Shown here piece after piece: positions 25,141 through 38,318 of a stretch of 64,000 nucleotides of DNA. The stretch lies in assembly GCA_965112155.1 (NCBI GenBank), contig OZ218098.1. One strand, given 5' to 3'. Position 1 is the first letter of the stretch; each line of letters begins with the position of its first letter. The notes beneath the pieces are model-generated. The model saw nothing but the letters and a program-made list of their open reading frames with translations, had not been told where the DNA came from and ran no database searches. The position numbers were made by a program, and so were the translations under genes. This stretch comes from Podarcis liolepis (taxonomy: Eukaryota).

Positions 25141-28100
25141 TGTTTTCAATAGGAGTCCTTTGAGTGAAATTCCAAACATTAACCATTATCATCCTCAATG
25201 TTTGATTGGGTTACTTCAACAGTTCTAAATCAAGGGATTTTCTGAAGCAAGTGTCCTATTTGAAACCAAGCTGAAGCTGGTAAATTCTGAAGCTGCTCAA
25301 GCTTAGCCAGCCCATTTTCTAAAGAGTCAAATCTGGGCTTGAACTGAACCTTTTCTTCAGTGCACACCCCAAACAGGAAAAGGCACCACCTTCTAAAGTT
25401 GTTGGAATCATTTGGACAAGTTTCACCCATCATGTCCCCTCGCTCACTTTTGTACAAAGTGCTTGGGAGTCTACTGGATTTTTTTGTGGGGGTAGCAGCA
25501 AGGAGAACACTGAAAGTGGGGAGCAATCTGGTTTCTCATACACAAATAACGAGGATAGTGCCTGTACATTTGCCTAACATCTTAATTTTAGCAAAGTTGG
25601 ATGCCTAAACTATAGGCTAATACAAAGCTGAACTTTAACATAAAGAAAAAAATAACAAAAGCTGGGAATCTGGGTATTATGCTTCATTGGGGGAAGGCAC
25701 TGCCTCCTTTGCCCACCCCCACTCCCCAGTAAATGCCCATGTCTGGAACACTGGGACACTTTCAGCCTCATTTACACTGTGTGTGTGAAGTTCCAAGTGG
25801 CAGTTTTCTGTTTGTTTTCTTAAAAATTGAAAACATACCCTTAGACCACCTTGTGGAATTAAGTGTGGATTCCATGTTCCAATCTGCATGCTTAATCTGG
25901 GAACTGTAAATCAGGCGAGTTTGCTTCAGAATTTTAACTTATCAATTTCTTCATGGATCCTAAGGTGTAACAGCACATTAACTAGCAATGGCTGTTTTAT
26001 CCAATTATGTCAAATAAACCCTGTGATTCCTGACTTCTCCACAGGCTTACTTCTGTATCCCTTAATTCCTTTGCAACAGATACTTTTTTGGGGACAGGGG
26101 GAAGACAATGCCTAATTAATTAGTGCCTAGTTACACTTGTTATTCTTTCATTCAATTTGAAGGAAGAACTGCAATGTCTTTGCATGACTGGGTTGTGCTG
26201 GAGGAAATTCTCTGTTGTTTCCAAAACTGAAATTCAGTCTCCAATGTTGAGGATGGTAGCCTTCCTGAAAGTATTACTTTCCATAGTTATGGATGAAAAA
26301 GTGTGGACACAAAACCAAATATTTGGAATGAAAACATAGTCTTCTTTAAGATGACAACTCCCTCCCATTGTTTTGGCTCAATCTCTCAAGCATATTCTAT
26401 GTTTCATGAAAAAACAGGAATCTATCTTACATGGAAAGCCTAGTGCAAAGGACTTTCTGAGAACACAAACTCCCCCAGGTCAGCACATGTGTTTTAGTGA
26501 CACTGCAATGCCCTCTTCTGGGTTTTGCAACATTCCTTCAAAGCGTTTTTGCTTTACTACATCACTGACTAATGCTTTGGGTATCTCTTATGCCCCATAT
26601 ACAAAACCCAACCACCATAAATACATTGGAATAACACTAGTGGCAATCTTGCTTCATTGTGACAGAAATATGTATATATCTGAATTATGTACAGCATTTG
26701 TAGCCATCTTATAGCCATCTTAACTACAAAAACCGAGTCAATTATTTTTACCTGACCATGGTGTCCTTTGTTTCTGAATATTGATTGAAACAATTCTCAC
26801 CTATTCTCACCCCCCCACGTGAGCTAAAGCTGAGCTTTCCTCTTGCCATCCTGCCAATTTCAATAACTTTGGTGAAAGCAGCTTATTTCCTCAAATGCAG
26901 TTTGAGATCCATTGTAGGGCTAAGCTTCTGTACTCTACTACATCAAAGAGGTTCTTCTTAGATAAGGGAGCATTTTTATATGAATTGGATCATAATATCG
27001 TTGTCTTTGTCTTGATTGCTTTCAGGGAAGCTAACTGCTGTTGAGCCTGGCCAGTTGAGACATAGTCCCAGGTAGTACTTCATGCTCTAGGAATTATCTA
27101 AATTGTTTCATTCTTTGGAACTATGTGTAGGGAGCTGGCCTACAGTAGGGAGGTGGGCAACAATTTCTGCAAAATATTATGCCAAAGAAGGTGACATGGG
27201 AAAGAATGATATGGCAGGATGTGATGATTAGAAAGGGGTGGACATGCTGGAAGGAGAACAGGAAAGGAAAGGATGGGCAAATTGTGAGATGACTAGAACT
27301 ATATAATGGATTGAGCAAACGGGGGGAAGGAAGAAAAATAAGAAACAGGAAGAAGGGTTTATTTTGAAAATACACTGGGGATTAGCTAGCTGTTTTCCAT
27401 TCAATGCAATAAAAGCTAGAGAAGAAGCACACCCTTGTTTTTTTGTAAATGAAGTTCATGGCATGTAGGCAGGGACAGTAATAATCAACAAGGGTGTGGT
27501 GGGGAGTCTCCACACCCAATGGAAGGTTTTTGGAGGGGAGAAGTAGAATGGTGGCACTTGATGCCCAAGGCGGTCAATTACATGAACCCTTTTGAGGCCA
27601 TGCCAAGCCCAGTCACCCCTCCACCTGAGAAGTTCCATTTTCCAGTCCTGTCATCCCCCAACCTCTCTAGATTCAGCTAGACTGGGAAGGATTTAGGGCC
27701 AAACTAGACTTGATGCATCTTTGCATTTAATGTGCAGGGTTGTTGTTGTTTGAAAATGCAAACGGGGCATGGCCAAAGTGGGTTGACAATTATTATTTAT
27801 TAAATTTGATAGCTGCTTTATCGTGCCCCAGGCAATCCAAAGAAACTTCCAAACAACCCAAAGTGACAGACAGACAGACAGACAACCAACCAACCACCAA
27901 CCAACCTCATATAGATACATTAAAACCAAGTGGAAAGAGAATATTATTTATTAGGACTGAAGCAGATATGAGAGGAGTTAACCCCTTACTCCCCAGCACT
28001 GATCCTGAGGGAAAGCCTTCCTAATATTTTCACCAAAAGGAAATCCCCCACTGGCACCAATGCAGGATTTATTCTACAAGGGCACCAATTATTACATTTA

Positions 28101-28760
28101 TACCCCACCTTTCTTTATAAGGGTGCACACATGGGAGACAACACACCCTAAGTTATATGGGGCTCAAAGCAGCCCATTTGTGGTTTGAAAACACTATGAA
28201 TTGATTAGAAATAAAATAGGAAGCCAAAGTAGCCCACCCAATGGGAGTAATATATTCTCTCCACCAAGCTGCAGAATTCTGCACAGCAAAGAATTCCATG
28301 AAGAGCCTGCTAGGTGCCCTTCAGTAGGATATATAGGGAGGATTCATTCATCCTTGTACAGCTAAGATAGCAGGGAGGAGTGTGACTTGGGCCTTATGAG
28401 AATGCAGCACATGGGGATATTCTGCTTTCAAGATGTGTCTCCATCACTGTACACATGACCTGTCCAAAGGCCTCTCTATCCAGGGGTGGGGTGGGTGGGC
28501 ACTGCCATCTCATGAATTTGGCACCTTTCACACCAGGCACATATGTAAATAGCTAGCTTTTTAAAGTCACTAGCAATGCTATTTTTCTACAAAAAGAGGC
28601 TCACCATGAACACCTCCCTTGTTCATGACACCCACCTGAGAGATTCTAGAACTAGTTCCAGTGAGTTCCGGCTGGAAAAAGCTCTCACCAGGGGTAAGTC
28701 TTTCTACAGCATATTAAAATAGGAAGCCACAGTGGTACAGAAAATATGGTTTTCCTGTCC

Positions 28761-28779
28761 TGCCCGTTAGATGGCAGCA
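28761..28779 (+). promoter_or_regulatory. Candidate CTCF binding site
   Basis: TGCCCGTTAGATGGCAGCA fits the CTCF core CC.SYAGRKGGCRSYA except at one position; motif only. Confidence 0.35.
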
Positions 28780-29138
28780 TTGTACTTGTATATTTCTACA
28801 AAGAGAGAAATGCCATTTTACATATTGGGTACTTCCTACCTTCCTTTCTTTTCCTATTCTAGATAAGCAATGCCCTTAGTCGGGGCTAATACTCAATTAG
28901 TTCAAACTTTTTGGTTTACCAGTCATACATCTGTTCTGAGTCCCTTTATTTCTTGTTCTTATCTCACTCATCTGCAGTGTGTTCCCTGTTTAGGTTGGAC
29001 TTCTAAACCCCACATGTCTCACTAATGACTCTCATTAGCATTAATCAAAGGTGTTTGAGGTGAATTATGGACCATGTTAGCTTTCTGTTGGACCAAGGGC
29101 CTCACCAGTGACCCTTCTTTATTGTTACAATAAAGCAC

Positions 29139-30227
29139 CTGCGATACATTGACAATATTTTTATCATCTGGACACATGGTCAACAGACCCTAGACACCTT
29201 TCACCAGAAATTCAATGATTTTCACCCCACAATCAACCTAACAATGAATCAATCTATGCAAGAAATACATTTTTTGGACACTACTATAAAAATACAGGAT
29301 GGGCGCATAGACACCACCTTATACCGTAAACCAACTGACCAACAAACATATCTACATGCCTCTAGCTACCATCCCAAACATCCCAAACAGTCCATTGTAT
29401 ATAGCCAGGCACTACGTTACAGCCGCATCTGTTCCAATTCTACAGACAGAGACTCTCACCTAAGAGATCTACAGCAAACCTTTTTAGAACTAAAATACCC
29501 AGCAGATGAAGTTAGACAACAGATCAAGAGAGCCAGACTGATACCCAGAGAGAACTTGCTGCAAGACAGACCCAAAAAAGAAAATAACAGAACACCTCTA
29601 GTCATCACATACAGCTCCCAAGTTAAAACAGTACAACGCATCATCAGAGATCTACAACCTCTCCTGGACAATGACAGTTCTCTTTCTCAAGCTCTGGGAG
29701 GAAGACCTTTCATTGCCTACAGACAGCCACCCAATCTTAAACAACTCCTAACCCACAATAATACTACAACCAGACTTAACACCGACACTGGCACCAGAGC
29801 CTGCAATAAACCCAGATGCCAACTTTGCTGCCACATACACCCGGACAACACCATTACTGGCCCCAACAACATCACACATACCATCTTGGGACTATTTAAT
29901 TGCTCATCGTCTAACATTGTGTATGCCATCAAATGCCAACAGTGTCCTTCAGCTCTCTATATTGGACAAACAGGCCAAACCTTACGCCAAAGAATAAACG
30001 GACATAAATCTGACATCAAGAATCACAAAACAGAGAAACCAGTAGGAGAACACTTCAATCTCCCAGGACATTCTATACAAGATCTCAAAGTAGCTGTTTT
30101 ACTACAAAGGAATTTCAGAAATAGACTGGAAAGAGAAGCTGCTGAATTGCAACTCATTACCAAACTTAAAACCATGGAGAGACCTGGTCTGAACAAAGAC
30201 ATTGGATTCTTATCTCATTATACATGA
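29139..30227 (+). CDS. Penelope ORF fragment: RT thumb plus GIY-YIG endonuclease (frame open from LRYIDNIF)
   Basis: HFLDTTI...TTLYRKPT (PLE RT); linker CNKPRCQLC; VYAIKCQQCPSALYIGQTGQTLRQRINGH (GIY-YIG); GLN motif at the C-terminus. Confidence 0.85.
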   Translation: MRYIDNIFIIWTHGQQTLDTFHQKFNDFHPTINLTMNQSMQEIHFLDTTIKIQDGRIDTTLYRKPTDQQTYLHASSYHPKHPKQSIVYSQALRYSRICSNSTDRDSHLRDLQQTFLELKYPADEVRQQIKRARLIPRENLLQDRPKKENNRTPLVITYSSQVKTVQRIIRDLQPLLDNDSSLSQALGGRPFIAYRQPPNLKQLLTHNNTTTRLNTDTGTRACNKPRCQLCCHIHPDNTITGPNNITHTILGLFNCSSSNIVYAIKCQQCPSALYIGQTGQTLRQRINGHKSDIKNHKTEKPVGEHFNLPGHSIQDLKVAVLLQRNFRNRLEREAAELQLITKLKTMERPGLNKDIGFLSHYT

Positions 30228-30407
30228 CTAAGCCATTTTCCCCCTTCTCACCCATTGCCTTTTCCTGTAAGACCTATTGCAGTCGTTAAGAGTCGTCAAC
30301 AGGCTCATCTCAGCTATCTGCCAATCTCCCATTCCCACCACCCTTCTGAGTAATACCCCTCCCCACCTTCTCACTATATAGAAGGATCTGGCAACTTCTG
30401 TTTCAGT

Positions 30408-30445
30408 GTATCTGAAGAAGTGTGCATGCACACGAAAGCTCATAC
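30408..30445 (+). ncRNA. Minimal type I hammerhead ribozyme in the Penelope 3' region
   Basis: GUAU-CUGAAGA-A-GUGUGCAUGCACAC-GAAA-GCUC^AUAC: core CUGANGA/GAAA/UH, stem I GUAU:AUAC, palindromic stem II, minimal AGCU stem III. Confidence 0.75.
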
Positions 30446-30625
30446 CAAGAACTAACTTAGTTGGTCTTTAAGGTGCTACTGGAAGGAATTTTTTTATTCC
30501 TTCTTTATTGTGTATTCATGATAACTTGTGATCATGATGGTATCAGGACAGATTTTCATGATCCTGCTTACCAGATCTTTAGGTTTCCACAGTCAAAGTG
30601 GATCAACAGTTCTGTCACCCTAGTG

Positions 30626-30874
30626 CACGGGTAGGCAACCTAAGGCCCAGGGGCCGGGTGCAGCCTAATCGCCTTCTCAATCTGGCCTGCAGATGGTCTG
30701 GGAATCAGCGTGTTTTTACATGAGTAGAATGTGTCCTTTTATTTAAAATGCATCTCTGGGTTATTTGTGGGGCATAGGAATTCGTTCATTTCCCCCCCAA
30801 AATATAGTCTGGCCCACCACATGCTCTGAGTGACGGTGGACCGGCCAATGGCTGAAAAAGGTTGCTGACCCCTG
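30626..30874. mobile_element. hAT (Charlie/MER20-like) MITE
   Basis: TIRs CACGGGTAGGCAACC / GGTTGCTGACCCCTG; perfect 8-bp TSD CCCTAGTG at 30618-30625 and 30875-30882. Confidence 0.88.
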
Positions 30875-33668
30875 CCCTAGTGCAACAAATCCACTTTAAA
30901 AAGAAATGACTTTTTGCAGTTTGGAAGGTGGTGGGGCAACACATTGAAAAGCGAAAGATGAACAAAGGAAGAACATCGCACTAGCAAATGAGGATGAATG
31001 CAGAACAAATGCTAATTCTCATACAACTGCCCCTCAAATAAATCAGAATGCATGCTCAGTAAAGACAGGATATAATCTAGTCTCAGCATAAACTCTGTGC
31101 AAGCCAAGCAGGATGAATGCTTAATAAAGAGGTTGCTTGGAAGGGATACAGGTTAGGCTTATAGGACATCAAACTGCCTTGAGCAACCTTCTGGGTGATC
31201 TCTCCCGAGTCTGTGCTTAGCCCCCAACTGCTTTTTAAAGTTTTTGCAAGCCTGACTCTATTCCTTGCAAAACAGCAGGTCAATCCAGTTTAATCCCTGG
31301 GGAAGAACAGAAGTGACTAGCTAGTCCAAGGTACAGATCCCTTGGTTGAATGTGAATTAGAAAAGGGCAGTGCTACTTCTGCAGAGACAGAACTCCATGA
31401 AAATTAATTGGTTCACATCCATTTCCCACTCACTCAGTAACCACACAGGAATTCATAACCCAGATGAGTACGTATTAATAAGTAAAGTCAGGGAGATTTG
31501 GTCAAATGGAAAATAAACATGGTTACGTTTGATTCGTAGAGCAGAGTGGGCAGACCTCAGGCTTGTTGGGTCAGTTTTGTTTTTGCTAGAACCTCAAGAT
31601 TTACCAACCAGAGCCAGGTGCAAAATACCGAGTACATGTAGTTAAGAATTAAATAACAGGGTGTCTCAGGGTGTACCAGAAGTTACTAGAGCTCACAGTT
31701 CACTCCTGGTTAGCTTTCTTCATTTCAGCAGCCCAATGTAGTTGGCGTAAGGGGTTTTGATTTTATTCAAGTAACTGGGAGACAAGAGAAACCCTTGCAG
31801 ATCTCTTGCAAATAATCCAGAGATCTATTAGCAGGCCCCTGCCTAACGTCTGCCTAACTCCAAGTCTGTAGTACTAATCTCACAGTTCCATTTGCCTTGT
31901 CTGCTGAAAAGACTGGGAAGGCGGTGGTGGCTGGAGTCTCTCTTTCATGGAAATGCTTTCTGCCCAGAATCCTTGAATTTCTCCATAGGGCTTGTTCTTT
32001 CTTTTAAGTCTCTTTTAAAAGTCTTTAAATCTCAGACTTCCCCACTCCCAAGCGCAGGGTTCCACAAAGTGATGCCTTTGTCTCTTAGAAACACACAAAA
32101 ACCAAGCTGACCACTTTAGCATGGTTTCACTCCACCCTGCCACCCAGCGACAGCTAAATCCATATGTTAGCCCCCCAGCTAGATGCAGCAATTGGTTTTG
32201 CCTTTAGACATGCTTTCACTGGCATGGGAGCAGGCAGGCAGAGGTTTCCTCCTATGGAGAAGAAAGTAAATAAACCCAGCCCCTGGAATGACTTTCGTGG
32301 TCGTTACTGTATTAGAGTAATCATAGAGCGCAAAGTGCTGGATAGTAATTAATCCCTCATCAGGACTGTACCAGGGGGATGCAAGGCCTATGGAAAATCA
32401 CACTGTCCTCACCACCACCACCACACTGTCTTAATCTCCGCTCTGCTTCTGCTGCCTCCACCAGCTCATTCCCTGACTTGCTCTAAGAAAGGATGAATTG
32501 GAGAACTTTGCTAGACGGGTTCTTTTAGGTAGCTTACTGCCACATCTGCACCATACTTTTAAAGAATTGTTATGAAACTTTTACAGTCATGATGTCCCTC
32601 AAACAATCCTGGGAAGTGTAGTTGGTGAAGGGTGCTGACAGTTATTAGGAGACTCCACTCACTCTTTCCAGGAAACACTAGGAATTGCAGCTCTGTGACG
32701 GGAACAGGGGTCTCCTCACAACTCTCAGCATCCTTAACTACAAGTTCACAGAATGCCTGGTAGAGGGGCAGCCATGGCTGTTGAAGTGGTATGATACTGC
32801 TTTAAATGTACGATGCAGATGTAGCCTCGCACACACTAAACTGAATAGCCTTGGGTGTGGGTGTGCACGTCTTTAGGTGATAATGCATATGACTTCACAT
32901 ACTGTACTTCTAAATGTGTTAAGCCAGACCTGCTGTGTTTGGGACCCCTACTGCTCATTCCACTGCCCCAAAAACCTACCCTGACAGCATCACTGGGGAA
33001 GCTGTGCCTTGTTCCATTCTCCTCTAAATTACTTTCTTGTGGCTGTTTCGACTGGTAACAGCTACATGATTCCAGGCTCCTTTCCACTTGTTTATGGGGT
33101 TTTGCCGCTAGGGGTTAGTCACCCCCTGCAAATGAAGCACTAGCTGGGGGGGGGGGAAATAAAGGACCAACTGCAAATAGCTTGGCTGGAGAATGGACTG
33201 AGTGGTATGTCAGTGTGTGGATGCCAGTCGGCTACTTCCTTTCAAACAGCTTTTTCTCTCCAGGCTCTGGGCCAGCTTTCCAGGGTTGGTGCTATTCCTT
33301 TTATAGTTCAACTCCTTTGACAAGATAGACGGTCTTTGAAGAGCAAAGGGGAAAGGGGCAGGAGAGCAGGCTGCTTCTTTGGGTGGAAAAAAACAGCCAG
33401 CCATTGGAAAGGATTCCCTTTTCCACAATATTCAGGGTGGGTGGTTAAGTGTAGGCATGCTAGCGGCTGCAGTTTATTAAGTACACTTGTGCTATTCTCT
33501 CCTGCTAACCTTTCCCCTCCCAAACCTGTTTACATTTCATTTCTAAGCAGTCACCCATCAAGGCAGGGATGTCCTTGTTGTGGAACTGTGTGACAGGGGC
33601 TTTCAAGCCATCCTTTTGTGCCAATTCCTCAATCCAGGATATGACAGAAGAAGTTAAGTGCTCAGGGG

Positions 33669-34090
33669 TAAGGATAGACAAATCTGTCAATTTTGTTTTC
33701 ATCTCAGTTTCTCAATTTTCCAAACTTAAATTCAGAGCTCTACATTAGCATATCAATTGGTCATGAAAATTCATAATCATTTTAGTATGGATTTCTCCTA
33801 ATGCACACATTTTTAATGCACTGTTGCTTAATATGCATATATTTGTAAAGCAATTGTCCCTAATATAATGCACATTTCTAGGTTATTTTCACTAATATAT
33901 ACATTTTTAATGTACACTTTATCCTAGCGTGTGCATTTTTCACACATATTACTTAGTGGGAGAACTGCATTGCAAAATTTGGGGAAGTGCAAATTGCAAA
34001 TTTTGAAGGATGCCTGTGTTTTGGTCCTCTTATTGTTTCAGAAAGTTTGTCTTTTAATGCAAACTGACTTAAATTTCTTCCTCATCCCTA
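33669..34090 (-). mobile_element. AT-rich hAT-like non-autonomous element, inverted copy
   Basis: Ends TAAGGATAG...CATCCCTA; reverse-complement similarity to the 48099 and 56349 copies. Confidence 0.7.
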
Positions 34091-34521
34091 GCTATGAGGG
34101 AGAGAGACTGGTTCACACAGATTGTCAGTAAACACCAATGCTATGCCCAAGGCATATTTTATTTATTTGTTTGCTGATTTAAAAACAGCTTCACAACCAA
34201 AAGCTACTGAGGCAGTATACATAACAAGATAAGATGCAAAAGTAAACCAGTAAAATCAAAGTAATAAAAACCATGCATACCATTGTAATTGTTATTAATC
34301 CATAAAATGATTGGGAAAGCCTCCTTTAACGAAAGTAGCTGCTTAAATAACAAGATACTGGGCACTTCTCTAATTTCACTTGGTAACAGATTCCAGAAGG
34401 CTGGAGCTGCAATACTAAAAGCCCAGCCTCTATTCCATATTTAGCACACCTCTAGGATATGCAATAGTTTAGGTGTTTCCTAGCTGGTGAACACAATTGC
34501 CAGTGTACAATTGCCAAGGTA

Positions 34522-34762
34522 CAGTCGTACCTTGGATGTTGAACGGAATCCATTCCGGAAGTCCGTTCACCTTCCAAAATGTTCAGAAACCAAAGACTGG
34601 CTTCTGAATGGCTGCAGAAAGCTCCTGCAGCCAATTGGAAGCCATGTCAGACGTTCAGCTTCCAAAAATAGTTCACAAACCGGAACAGTCACTTCTGCGA
34701 TTGCGGCATTCAGGAGCCAAAATGTTCAAGAACTAAATTGTTTAAAAACCAAGGTACGACTG
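34522..34762. mobile_element. Tc1/mariner (Tigger-like) MITE
   Basis: TA|CAGTCGTACCTTGG ... CCAAGGTACGACTG|TA, perfect 14-bp TIRs. Confidence 0.88.
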
Positions 34763-37541
34763 TACAGTACAGGGAAACCTTTAAACCTCTCTTCTTGCAT
34801 GTGATGAGATTAGGGCAGAGACAAAGTTCCCCTGCATATACATGAAAACATAGACCTAGTTCTCCTCACAGAGTGAGGTAAAACTGAATGGAAAATTTGT
34901 GTCTGGGTTGTAGCACTGTGGATGGAAGCTCACATGACTGGTCTCTCATAGAAAATGTCTGGGAACACAGTAAATCAGATGTCAAAGTGAAGGATTCTAG
35001 CCTTCTCTCTGGTATGCTAGTTTTCTAAATGAAGTTCATCTTTTTTTTGTTTTTGGAATGTAGGAGCTTTTAGCCTTGTAAGCTCCCACTTTGCCTGAAG
35101 TGGCACAACTCAGGCACAGATTTGCCACCTATGAGATTTCAACAGCAACAGACTAGCTTTCTCCTGTGAGACAGAGCAGCACCAAAGACCAAATGAATTG
35201 TATAAAATGAGCAAAATGTGCACTTTAGCTTGATCTGCACAATATACACAGATTGAAGAACTGGATGCTCCTTGGTGTAGAATTTGGATGAAATGTGTTT
35301 GTTTTATGCAAAGCACACCAAACCATCTTGATGCCTTATGCTGGTTAGGTCATTGGCATTTGGTGGAATAGTGTGTCACCACTTACTTGACCTCCCATTG
35401 GTCACATTGCTGCTACATACGAGGACAGAGGAGAGAAGCAAGCTTGGCATGGTGCATACACATGAGTAGAGTCAATCCAATGCTCCTGCCTGTTTGCACC
35501 ATGCCAACCTTCCTGCAACCTCACCCCTCATCCTCTGTCCTGGTACACAGCAGTGATGTGGCTAACAGGAGGTCAGGTGAGCACTACTGCTCTGCCTCTC
35601 CTTTTACTACTCAGGTGCATCGAACTCCCTCTTTTCCTTCATCCTACATGTGGGGGAACATTTTGCCCTCCAGATGTTACTGGACTACAACTCTAATTAT
35701 CCCTGGTCATTGGCCATGCATGCTGGGGCTGATGGGAATTGTAGTTCAGCAACTTCTGGAGTGTCAAACATTGCCCATATCTGGGGAATTAAATCTTTCA
35801 GTATTAGCTCCATTAGGCTGTGTCAGTCTCTGAAACACTCATTGCACATTGCACAAGATAGCACTACTAGGTGGACATGTTGAGGAACAACAGCTGGCAT
35901 TTTGGAGACCTATAAAGACCATAGAGTGGTTTAGGTCCTGTTAAAATACTATCAGAGTTTTGTAATGCACTTCCACAGAAGTTTCTTATCCATTGCTACC
36001 AAGGAATTACCCACTGCTGCCATTTCAAATGTAACACACATGCATTTCTATTGAAGTTCAATTGTAAGCGGGTGGCAGAGACATCATACAAAGCGATGGA
36101 GTCAGAAGGCAAGAGAGGGACACGGCTACCATGGGAAAGTCACAGTGATACAGTTAATGGACATCACTGCAAAAAAAGCGATCTGTCTTCCATCTTCTTT
36201 GTGCAGAGAAGCTCAGAAGCAATGAATGCAAATAATTTCCCAGATTTGGAGCAATTACTAGCAGCTGGCCTCATCCCAACCCACAAATGGTTTAAACTGG
36301 AATACTTGGATTTAGAGCCATTTCACTGCCACTGACCTTAGTGAATCTAAACCACCTCAGTCCTACTGCAAAGACTTAACTAATTTGCACAGTGGCCTGC
36401 CTGGCTCCTAATTCTGACCTCCTACCTTTATTTCAACTCTGGTCAATTTTGGGCGGAGATTTTCCTCTCTGAATCCATCCATTTGTTTGCAATTTGGGCA
36501 ATATGTGTTCCTCATTTCAAGTTACGATTCTCCTACGGCATGGGCAAAACCCCAAACTGCTTTAAGTATAGGTGCAACATGCAAAACGGCGTCTGGAAAA
36601 TATATCCTTTCCCTTCCATCTGGAAATAGCTAGGGATGATTTGCTTGTTCTTAAAGCTCAGATGCTGGATGCTTCTACTTCAAGGGTGATTTACCCCCCA
36701 AATCCCAGTATTTTTCATTTGCATGGGTTTACTTTCTCCGTATTGATTCATCAGAAATGTTTGCACGGTGAAATCATTTTTTCCATGCACTGACTCAGAT
36801 AGAAGATGAAGAATATTATTGTAATGGGAAGGGGGGAATGCTTATAATTTTGTAAACAGAGGCTGGGAGGAGGCACTTTGTGTTGGATTTCTGGGCACCC
36901 ATTCTGTTTTTTTCTGGAAAACTCTACTGACAACGTGGAGAAGGCCAGCAAAAATAAGTAAATACAAACATTTCCATTGGATCCTCCTTGGATCTCTGGT
37001 CTGGGGATCAGTTCACTGAGTTCAACGTGAGGTTTGGCTATGAAATGTGTAGCTCATTGTGGCAGCATTGCTGCTGTCAGAAATGGCAACTGCACATGAA
37101 ATGTTGAAAAGGGTTAATGAATAATGCACATGTGTGCTCATAGCATCAATAAGAGGGACAAAGGTGTGCCCTCCTGACCTCCATGAGTTCAGGGGGCAAC
37201 CTGAAGGGATAGTCTCCATGCTTTATAATTTCTGCTGAATGTATGGAGGCTTGAGAAGGTGGAGCTAGTGAAGACACAATACTGGGAGCTGGGCCAGCAA
37301 GCATGGCCCTGCTTCTCCCCTCCATACTTTATGAATGCGTGGCTGGGAGTTGTGGAGCAGGGCTTGCGCCAATCATTGCTATATCAACAACTTAAAAAGA
37401 AATAACAACATGAGTTGGAAATCTCTGCGGTCTGCGCTCACAGGCATTGCCCAAAATTCCTACAGGAAATGATCATTGTTCCATTGAAGGACAAAATTTT
37501 GGATTTCACTGTTGCCAATTTCCTGTAAACGCATCCATCGA

Positions 37542-37603
37542 TCAAAATTCACAGGGCAGATTCAAGATTAACTGAGAAAGTGGTGTTTGGTCACCTCTAG
37601 AAA
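37542..37603 (-). CDS. Candidate last exon of unannotated minus-strand gene (VSRGDQTPLSQLILNLPCEF* in model B; UTR in model A)
   Basis: Acceptor gtttttggtttctcag; in frame (phase 1) with the 38280-38318 exon; TGA at 37544-37542. Confidence 0.35.
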
Positions 37604-37884
37604 CTGAGAAACCAAAAACAGCTAGCTTTTATTTTTTGCAGAATTTTTACAAAAAAGTCACAGCATGTTCCAAGCCATTCAGGCATATGCATTCATACTA
37701 GAATAAACAACATTTGCATCCTGAGATGGACCCTTTCAGCCTGGTTGGTGTTTGATGAACACAACCTCCTCCCAGCTGCTTTCCACTCCTTTCATTTCAC
37801 TTCCCCCTCCCATAGCCAAGGTAAATAAGGCAACAAATAAATGTTGATTATGCAATTGGCCTAGGGTTCCCTTTATCCATCATA

Positions 37885-38241
37885 AAAGGTAAAGGTAAAG
37901 GGACCCCTGACCATTAGGTCCAGTCGTGGCCGACTCTGGGGTTGTGGTACTCATCTTGCTTTATTGGCCGAGGGAGCCGGCGTACAGCTTCCGGGTCATG
38001 TGCCCAGCATGACTAAGCTGCTTCTGGCAAACCAGAGCAGTGCACGGAAACGCCGTTTACCTTCCCGCTGGAGTGGTACCTATTTATCTACTTGCACTTG
38101 ACGTGCTTTCGAACTGCTAGGTGGGCAGGAGCAGGGACCGAGCAACGGGAGCTCACCCCATCGCGGGGATTCGAACCGCCGACCTTCTGATCGGCAAGTC
38201 CTAGGCTCTGTGGTTTAACCCACAGCGCCACCCGTGTCCTC
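37885..38241 (-). mobile_element. Sauria SINE, full length
   Basis: A and B boxes, (ACCTTT)n tail; 11-bp TSD TATCCATCATA at 37874-37884 and 38242-38252. Confidence 0.94.
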
Positions 38242-38279
38242 TATCCATCATAGGTAATCACTAAATATCACTCACTCAC

Positions 38280-38318
38280 CTTGACCTTTCACATCCTCCC
38301 TAGCTGGTTTCACGTGAA
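38280..38318 (-). CDS. Candidate 39-nt exon of unannotated minus-strand gene
   Basis: Acceptor ctgtatactttcacag, consensus donor AAG|GTGAGT. Confidence 0.5.

Larger units (their letters stand above)
29136..30498 (+). mobile_element. Penelope-like retroelement (Neptune-type), 5'-truncated
   Basis: RT C-terminus, Cys-rich linker and GIY-YIG endonuclease; 3' region with hammerhead; 13-bp TSD CCTTCTTTATTGT at 29113-29125 and 30499-30511. Confidence 0.92.
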
